NCBI GenBank assembly: GCA_031459385.1
Contig: JAVKIP010000002.1
Coordinates: forward strand, 355 to 64,354
DNA: 64,000 bases
Direction of reading: 5' to 3'
Source: Candidatus Fervidifonticultor secundus
GTDB lineage: Bacteria; Sysuimicrobiota; Sysuimicrobiia; Sysuimicrobiales; Humicultoraceae
Shown here: in pieces, positions 60,673-64,000 of the stretch
Numbering within the stretch: position 1 is the first letter of the stretch
How the letters are laid out: every line of letters begins with the position of its first letter
The notes under the pieces: model-generated
Told to the model about the DNA's origin: nothing
What the model saw: only the letters and a program-made list of their open reading frames with translations
Databases searched by the model: none
Translations under genes and position numbers: made by a program

Positions 60673-60957
60673 ATGACCCTGCGCGAGTTCCAGGAGCGGA
60701 TCGACAGCACCTACGGCCGCCGCGACCGCGAGCGCGGGATCGACGGGACGTTTCGCTGGCTGGTGGAAGAGATCGGGGAACTCGCCCGCGCCATCCGCGC
60801 CGGCGACCCGGACCGCCTGCACGAGGAAGTCGGCGACGTGCTGGCCTGGACCGTGAGCCTGGCGTCGCTGTGCGGCGTGGACGTGACCAGGGCGGCGGCG
60901 CGATATGCCGCGGGCTGCCCCAAGTGCCGGCAGCGCCCGTGCGCGTGCGGTGCGTAA
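60673..60957 (+). CDS. MazG-like nucleotide pyrophosphohydrolase with C-terminal Cys cluster
   Basis: WLVEEIGELA, EEVGDVLAW, CPKC...C.C. Confidence 0.85.
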   Translation: MTLREFQERIDSTYGRRDRERGIDGTFRWLVEEIGELARAIRAGDPDRLHEEVGDVLAWTVSLASLCGVDVTRAAARYAAGCPKCRQRPCACGA

Positions 60958-61045
60958 CGCGTGTGCGGTGGAGGCCAGAAGCTGCGGTCGGGCCTGGGCG
61001 CGACGGCCCGGCGCGCGGCGTCGTCCCGAGGGACGCCGCCGCGCC

Positions 61046-61864
61046 TCAGCGCGCGAAGGCCAGGATCATCTCCCGGACCAGCCAGGCAGCCAGCATCGCG
61101 GTCCGCCCGCCGGGGTCGTACGGCGGACTGACCTCGACGACGTCGCAACCGACGACGCGCGCCTGCCGCAGGACACCGAGCAACGAGACCACGTCGTCCA
61201 CCGCCAGGCCCAGCGGTTCCGGGTTGCCAGTGCCGGGCGCGTGCGCAGGGTCGAGCCCGTCGATGTCCACCGACAGGTAGAGCGGGCGGTCGGCGAGCGC
61301 GGCCCACGCCGCCTGCGGCAGGCGGCCGGTGGACGCCACCGCCAGGAGGCCGCCCGCGCGGGTCCATTCGTCCCGCGTCCCGGCGCGGGCGCCGAGTACC
61401 GCGACGCGGCCGCCGTCCAGGCGGTCCAGGATCCGCGCCAGCGTAGTGGCGTGCGACCAGCGGGTCCCCTCGTAGTCCTGGCGCAGGTCGAGGTGGGCGT
61501 CTACCACCACGAGCCCGAGGTCCGGGTGGCGGTCGAGCAGCGCGGCCACGGCGCCCGCGGTGACCGTGTGCTCGCCGCCGAGCAGTACGGGCAGCCCGAT
61601 CCCCGCGGCGACGGCTGCCCGGACACGCTCGACGGCGGTCGCGCTGTCCGCGCCCGCCAGGTCCAGGTCGCCCGCGTCGGCGAGCCGGATCTCCTGGAGG
61701 TCGCGCTGCTGCAGGGGGCTGTAGGACTCGAGCGCATCCGACGCCCACCGGATCGCTGCCGGTGCCCAGCGGGCGCCGCGCCGGTGCGTGGCCGTGGCAT
61801 CGAACGGGGCGCCGAGGATGGTGGCCTGCGGCGCGGGCACGGCCCGCGCGGCCAGGAACGGCAT
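61046..61864 (-). CDS. speB: Agmatinase / ureohydrolase
   Basis: GAPFD, LGGEH, DAHLD, SHAT, DIDGLDP..APGTG.PEP. Confidence 0.92.
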   Translation of the reverse strand: MPFLAARAVPAPQATILGAPFDATATHRRGARWAPAAIRWASDALESYSPLQQRDLQEIRLADAGDLDLAGADSATAVERVRAAVAAGIGLPVLLGGEHTVTAGAVAALLDRHPDLGLVVVDAHLDLRQDYEGTRWSHATTLARILDRLDGGRVAVLGARAGTRDEWTRAGGLLAVASTGRLPQAAWAALADRPLYLSVDIDGLDPAHAPGTGNPEPLGLAVDDVVSLLGVLRQARVVGCDVVEVSPPYDPGGRTAMLAAWLVREMILAFAR

Positions 61865-61866
61865 CG

Positions 61867-62760
<894 letters not shown>

Positions 62761-62765
62761 GACGG

Positions 62766-63227
62766 TTACTCCGGCCAGAAGAGCACGGCAGCCACCACAC
62801 AACCCGTGCGCTGCACGGTGTGCTCCTTCACCGCCACCTGGACCTGTGCCAGGCGCAGGCCCCGCATGGCCACCGCCTCCTCGACCATGCGCCGCACGAT
62901 GCCTTCGGCGTTCTCTCCGGTGCCGGTGTGCGAGTGCTCCATGATGACGCCGTAGCCGTCCGCGGCGATGCCCACGCCGACCGCGGCCGCGATCCGCTCG
63001 CCGGGGGTGTGTCGGACGATGCGGGCGTAGACCGCCGGCATCAGCAGCCCGGGCTGGTAGGGGCGCAGGGGGACGATCCGCGCGCCCAGCGGGAAGATGC
63101 TGGTCACGCGCACGAAGTTGAGGTTGGCGATGCCGGCGTCCATCAGGGCGCTGTCGAACGCGGTGAGATCCGTGGCGCCTTCGCCGGCGCCGGCGACCAG
63201 CGAGACGGCCTTCGGCAGGTGCCACAT
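62766..63227 (-). CDS. pdaD: Pyruvoyl-dependent arginine decarboxylase
   Basis: G.GEG...LTAFD.AL.DAGI.NLN.VRVTSI.P; operon with speE/speB. Confidence 0.88.
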   Translation of the reverse strand: MWHLPKAVSLVAGAGEGATDLTAFDSALMDAGIANLNFVRVTSIFPLGARIVPLRPYQPGLLMPAVYARIVRHTPGERIAAAVGVGIAADGYGVIMEHSHTGTGENAEGIVRRMVEEAVAMRGLRLAQVQVAVKEHTVQRTGCVVAAVLFWPE

Positions 63228-63438
63228 CGCGGTCCTCCACAGTCTTCGGGCGCACGCCGGCGCGCGGGCGCCGGCAACAAGGCGCTATAGTTTCGATCCC
63301 CGCCAGCGCGTTCCTGCCCGCCGGTCTCCACGTCCGGACGCGGAGGGGGCCCGACAGCGGCCTGGCGATGCGGCGCCGCCCTGTGCGGTGCGCGCCCGGG
63401 GAAGGGAGGTGCCGGCCCGGCTGGCGAACTCCGATGGA

Positions 63439-63792
63439 GTGCCAAGACGCGCGCGGGTTGCTCGCGGCCTGGCGGCCGCGTACATGACGGTGCTCCTGGT
63501 GACCTCACTCCTTCCCGGGCCGTCCGTTCGCACCGTCTCGGATCTCGCGCAGCACGCCGTGGCCTACGCCGGGTTGACCGGCGTGTTCTGGTGGGCGGCG
63601 CCGGCGGCAGACCGGCGGTGGCTCGCCGGGCCCGCCGCGTGGGGGTACGGGGTCGTGCTGGAACTCCTGCAGCGCGCGGTGCCGTACAGGACCAGTGAGG
63701 TGCGTGACGTCGCCGCCAACGGCGTCGGGGTGCTCGTGGCCATGCTGATCGCGCTCGGTCTGTCCAGGCGTAGGGAGCCGCCGGGACGGTGA
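63439..63792 (+). CDS. VanZ family membrane protein (start uncertain)
   Basis: D..QH..AY, YG...ELLQ..VP.R.S.V.D..AN..G. Confidence 0.8.
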   Translation: MPRRARVARGLAAAYMTVLLVTSLLPGPSVRTVSDLAQHAVAYAGLTGVFWWAAPAADRRWLAGPAAWGYGVVLELLQRAVPYRTSEVRDVAANGVGVLVAMLIALGLSRRREPPGR

Positions 63793-64000
63793 CCTCGAGA
63801 GGCCCGGTCGGTCCAGGGCGGGTGCCGGACACCCGTTCGCGGGCCACGGCAGCGTGGCGCGGTCTGGCGCGTGGCGTCGCCACCCTGCTCGTTCTGGTCG
63901 GCCTCGCCCAGGGGGGCGATCGGCACGGGCGCGCGGCCCCGGTGCCTGGCACCGCGCCGGAGCTCGCCATGGGGCTGGAGAAGTCGGGGCTATCCGGCCC
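63789..64000 (+). CDS. N-terminus of a putative secreted or membrane protein; runs off the window
   Basis: GTGA overlap with the VanZ stop; open frame to the window end with a hydrophobic stretch (GVATLLVLVGLAQ). Confidence 0.4.
   Translation, partial: MTSRGPVGPGRVPDTRSRATAAWRGLARGVATLLVLVGLAQGGDRHGRAAPVPGTAPELAMGLEKSGLSG

Noticed and set aside
60900..60957. Cys-rich C-terminus of the MazG-like protein as a novel feature or defence system
   Set aside because: C-terminal CxxC...CxC tails are common in small MazG-like proteins and no defence genes are adjacent

Overview
High-GC bacterial chromosomal window, mostly housekeeping, with no CRISPR array, prophage or IS element visible. It combines Firmicutes-style regulation (T-box, YerC/HisR, sigmaH-like promoters) with RseB/MucB-like and ArnT-like envelope genes, suggesting a high-GC Terrabacteria lineage such as Armatimonadota/CSP1-3 (inference only). 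Gene content, in order: a lower-GC ECF-sigma/tatA cassette (1-4700); a GT4 glycosyltransferase; a two-deaminase plus sugar-ABC operon; osmC-like and glnS; an XRE-TPR regulator; yerC-hisZGDCBHAF(IE); a nucleoside ABC transporter with hpt; HEAT-cutA-surE; ftsEX-envC-ctpA-yibQ; gdh and livKHMGF; a PhoBR-like pair; kbl-moeA-moaC-moaB-arnT; ilvE-leuS-comEA; a second ECF/anti-sigma/RseB cassette; mazG-like; and pdaD-speE-speB. The top finding is a complete Leu(CUC)-specifier T-box riboswitch upstream of ilvE-leuS that carries an intact tRNA-Ala(GGC) gene inside the loop of its Stem III, between the anticodon-sensing Stem I and the antiterminator. Other notable signals are a missed UGA-selenocysteine OsmC protein with a SECIS-like hairpin, a HisR-type operator in the his promoter, a recurrent AGG(A/G)-N17/18-GAA promoter motif before nine operons, leaderless genes, a probable CTG start for moeA, and a HisD with swapped zinc ligands. 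All calls are by eye from the sequence; no database searches were run.
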